27,057 bases of DNA from positions 1 through 27,057 of IMG/VR virus record IMGVR_UViG_3300021560_000710; one strand, given 5' to 3'. Position numbers and translations under genes: made by a program. Source of the DNA: a virus. Taxonomy: Duplodnaviria; Caudoviricetes. How positions within the stretch are numbered: the first letter of the stretch is position 1; the number at the start of each line of letters is the position of its first letter. This document shows positions 25,052 to 27,057 of the stretch, piece after piece. Under the pieces are notes generated by a model, which worked only from the letters and a program-made list of their open reading frames with translations, was not told the DNA's origin and did no database searches.

Positions 25052-25154
25052 GGGCCCAGACACATTCAAACGGACGGCGCAGTCATCAGAGCTTGGGAAT
25101 AACTCCCCGTTTCGCAACGGTCGGCCACGCCATCGAAACGTAGCGTCCGGGCCC
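25052..25154 (-). ncRNA. Candidate structured RNA (multi-stem)
   Basis: Nested 12-bp and 10-bp stems that need G-U pairs on the minus strand, plus a CCGTT-GCGA-AACGG hairpin. Confidence 0.4.
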
Positions 25155-25165
25155 AGCGGCGGATC

Positions 25166-25309
25166 TTATCGCCCGATTGTAATCATCAGCCAACCGGCGA
25201 CGACCCCGATGACAAACCCGATCACCAGCCCAGTGGCTAAGGCCGTCATTAAGCGGTCTTGAGCACGGTTCATCACGTCAAGTAGAAGTTCCGCCCTTTC
25301 GTTCGTCAT
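25166..25309 (-). CDS. Small single-TM membrane protein (47 aa; below the ORF-track cutoff)
   Basis: GGGGAGG RBS; MTNERAELLLDVMNRAQDRLMTALATGLVIGFVIGVVAGWLMITIGR. Confidence 0.65.
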   Translation of the reverse strand: MTNERAELLLDVMNRAQDRLMTALATGLVIGFVIGVVAGWLMITIGR

Positions 25310-25379
25310 GTGGCCTCCCCGCTTGATCAGCCGCGCGATACTACACGTCTCTTGTTAAGATCTGTTACAGCCTCCCCTT

Positions 25380-25460
25380 AAAAAAGTAGCCCACTCGGGC
25401 GAGTAGGTCGGAACGATGAATCCCGAGCCGGTCCTTACTCCCGGCCTAACCTGAGTGGGC
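25380..25460 (-). terminator. Putative intrinsic terminator with a long interrupted stem
   Basis: GCCCACTC/GAGTGGGC (25389-25396 and 25453-25460) with inner stems, followed on the minus strand by TACTTTTTT. Confidence 0.55.
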
Positions 25461-25469
25461 ATGAGCATC

Positions 25470-25826
25470 TTAGTGCTTGGTGCGCTTCTGCAGATAGCTT
25501 TTCCAAGTGCGCTCTGCAGTCTTTCCGATTAACCAGTCCTGCACGCTTTCAAACTGGCAGTTGGTGAATAGGTCCAGCAGCTCTGGTTCCTCGACCTTGT
25601 CTGGCGCGCAGCTCAGGCAGTAGTCGTGACCTTGCGGGTTGTCGCGGACGCCGACCAGAGGCTTGGAGGTGGGACGGTCGTCAGGTTCCTGTATCACTAG
25701 CCAGTAAACGCTGGCGAACTTGCAATCAGGATCATGATCATCGCCCAACGCCATGGAGCCGAATCGGTTATACTCGACCACGACATCGCAGCCGTGGCAG
25801 GTGAAATTGTAGGTTGGAAAGTCCAT
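25470..25826 (-). CDS. Hypothetical protein with CxxC motifs (118 aa)
   Basis: CHGC, H..DC and CLSC motifs; same orientation as its neighbours. Confidence 0.6.
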   Translation of the reverse strand: MDFPTYNFTCHGCDVVVEYNRFGSMALGDDHDPDCKFASVYWLVIQEPDDRPTSKPLVGVRDNPQGHDYCLSCAPDKVEEPELLDLFTNCQFESVQDWLIGKTAERTWKSYLQKRTKH

Positions 25827-25882
25827 CGTAGTTGTCCGGGGGACGAGCCCCGTCAGGCCCGTCCCCCAATGTGTGCCTCCCT

Positions 25883-26764
25883 TTACGGCGTTGCCTGCGC
25901 CGGTTGCGGTGCGGGAGACGCGGGCCGACCGCGCTCCTGCTCGAACCGCTTTTGGGCCCGGATGGCGGCAAGGCGCAGCTTGTCGCCCTTCTTGACCTTC
26001 ACCAGCGCGGCGACCAGCTCAGCGGCCAGCATGCGGCTGGCAGAGGTGTCGTCCGGGTCGGACTCATAGAACACAGCGGTCCAGAACTCCTCCGCTGCCG
26101 GGGCGTTCTTGAGCCACCACCCGTAACAGGCGCTCATCGGCTTCTTGAGCTTGATGAAGCGCCGGTTGTCGCAGCTCTCGAACTGGGCGAGCCAGAGCGC
26201 GAACTTGCGCACCTTCGGATCGGGGAGCATCACCTCCCCCCGATACCGCGCATCGCAGGGGTTGTAACTCGCCTGACCCTTGTTGTGCTCCTCGATGATG
26301 GCGGTCACCGCCACCAAGAATCCCGGCTTGAGCCTCTTGACATCGGGAAATCCTGCCTTGGCCATGGACATCCGATCCGTGATGCTCCGGGCGGACACCG
26401 AGGAGTCGAAACAATCGAAGACCTTGAGGCCCTCGTCCTCGATGTTGTCCACCTCCCATCTCTCGATGCTCATCGAGAGAGGCGAGCCGTCCCGCTTGGT
26501 CGGAAACTTGAGCCCATCCAGATTGCTCAATGTTCCGACGGCAGTGTGCTGGCCGTTGCAGCGGTGGATAGTGCCCGTCCGCTTGTCCAGCACGGTGGCC
26601 CAGCGCACGCTGTAAAACTCGCGCGCCGCGATCCATTCGCGCTGGCGTCGTATGCGGGCAGGGCGGATTTCCCGCTCGCCGGGGAGCGGGGGAAGTGCGA
26701 GAAACGCCTTGAGAGTCTCTGGCGTCAGCTCGCCGACATCGGTCCCAACATGCTCTATGGGCAT
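25883..26764 (-). CDS. ParB/Srx-like N-terminal domain protein
   Basis: LTPE...L...RE.R...R and RCNGQHT, resembling the LIDGQHR motif; FD.FD...R pattern. Confidence 0.55.
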   Translation of the reverse strand: MPIEHVGTDVGELTPETLKAFLALPPLPGEREIRPARIRRQREWIAAREFYSVRWATVLDKRTGTIHRCNGQHTAVGTLSNLDGLKFPTKRDGSPLSMSIERWEVDNIEDEGLKVFDCFDSSVSARSITDRMSMAKAGFPDVKRLKPGFLVAVTAIIEEHNKGQASYNPCDARYRGEVMLPDPKVRKFALWLAQFESCDNRRFIKLKKPMSACYGWWLKNAPAAEEFWTAVFYESDPDDTSASRMLAAELVAALVKVKKGDKLRLAAIRAQKRFEQERGRPASPAPQPAQATP

Positions 26765-26840
26765 ATAGGGGGTTTCCTGCGGAGTTCAGTCCGTCGCCGG
26801 TTTTAGTTGTTTTTATTTCGGCGCGGGTCCGCATCGGTCG

Positions 26841-27056
26841 TTAATCCTTGAGGACGCGATCCAGCTCTTCTTTGACCCAAGCCACGATCTCCCTCAGAAC
26901 AGGGAGCATCTGGGCGTCGGTGTTCCAGTACGACTGGCCGTGTCCTCGTGCTGCGGCCTCTCTCTGCTTCCTGAAGTCCTCCTCTATGGCTTTGATTCCG
27001 TCGCGCAGCCGCCGCGCCAGCGCGCCCACCTTTAATGCTTCTGGATCTGTGATGTT
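26841..27056 (-). CDS. Hypothetical protein (5' partial)
   Basis: Frame stays open to the window edge (NITDPEALKVGALARR...). Confidence 0.55.
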   Translation of the reverse strand, partial: NITDPEALKVGALARRLRDGIKAIEEDFRKQREAAARGHGQSYWNTDAQMLPVLREIVAWVKEELDRVLKD

Positions 27057-27057
27057 C

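Larger units (their letters stand above)
25033..25382. repeat. 17-bp direct repeat TACAGCCTCCCCTTAAA
   Basis: Exact copies at 25033-25049 and 25366-25382. Confidence 0.85.

Noticed and set aside
25083-25147. Hammerhead ribozyme (CTGATGA and GAAAC on the minus strand; GAAACG-TAG-CGTC on the plus strand)
   Set aside because: Core elements cannot be joined by stems I-III in the right order on a single strand.

Overview
This is a segment of a GC-rich tailed dsDNA (pro)phage with podovirus-like morphogenesis genes. 1-14313 (+) is a tightly coupled late operon: the 3' end of an N4-gp56/DUF4043-type major capsid gene, small head genes, a head-tail adaptor, a P22 gp10/nozzle-like protein, four Gly/Ser/Thr-rich tail-fibre-like proteins and two small membrane proteins (one holin-like). 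14398-18560 (-) is a recombination operon (ribbon-helix-helix regulator, RecT, Cro-like protein, Fe-S PD-(D/E)XK nuclease, RusA). 18740-22819 (+) is a replication/accessory operon (AAA_25/RepA-like helicase, several micro zinc-finger proteins, excisionase-like HTH). The rest is mostly minus-strand small early-type genes, including a ParB-like protein. Two observations stand out. (1) Eight consecutive, translationally coupled tail-module ORFs (4680-13690), including all four fibres, begin with Sec-type signal peptides. Seven have Gln at +1, and the fibres have paired cysteines and a 2x2 combinatorial domain layout, which points to an exported or periplasm-matured fibre system. (2) A complete 76-nt tRNA-Lys(UUU) lies in frame inside the helicase ORF. 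All protein calls come from motif recognition by eye; no database searches were run.
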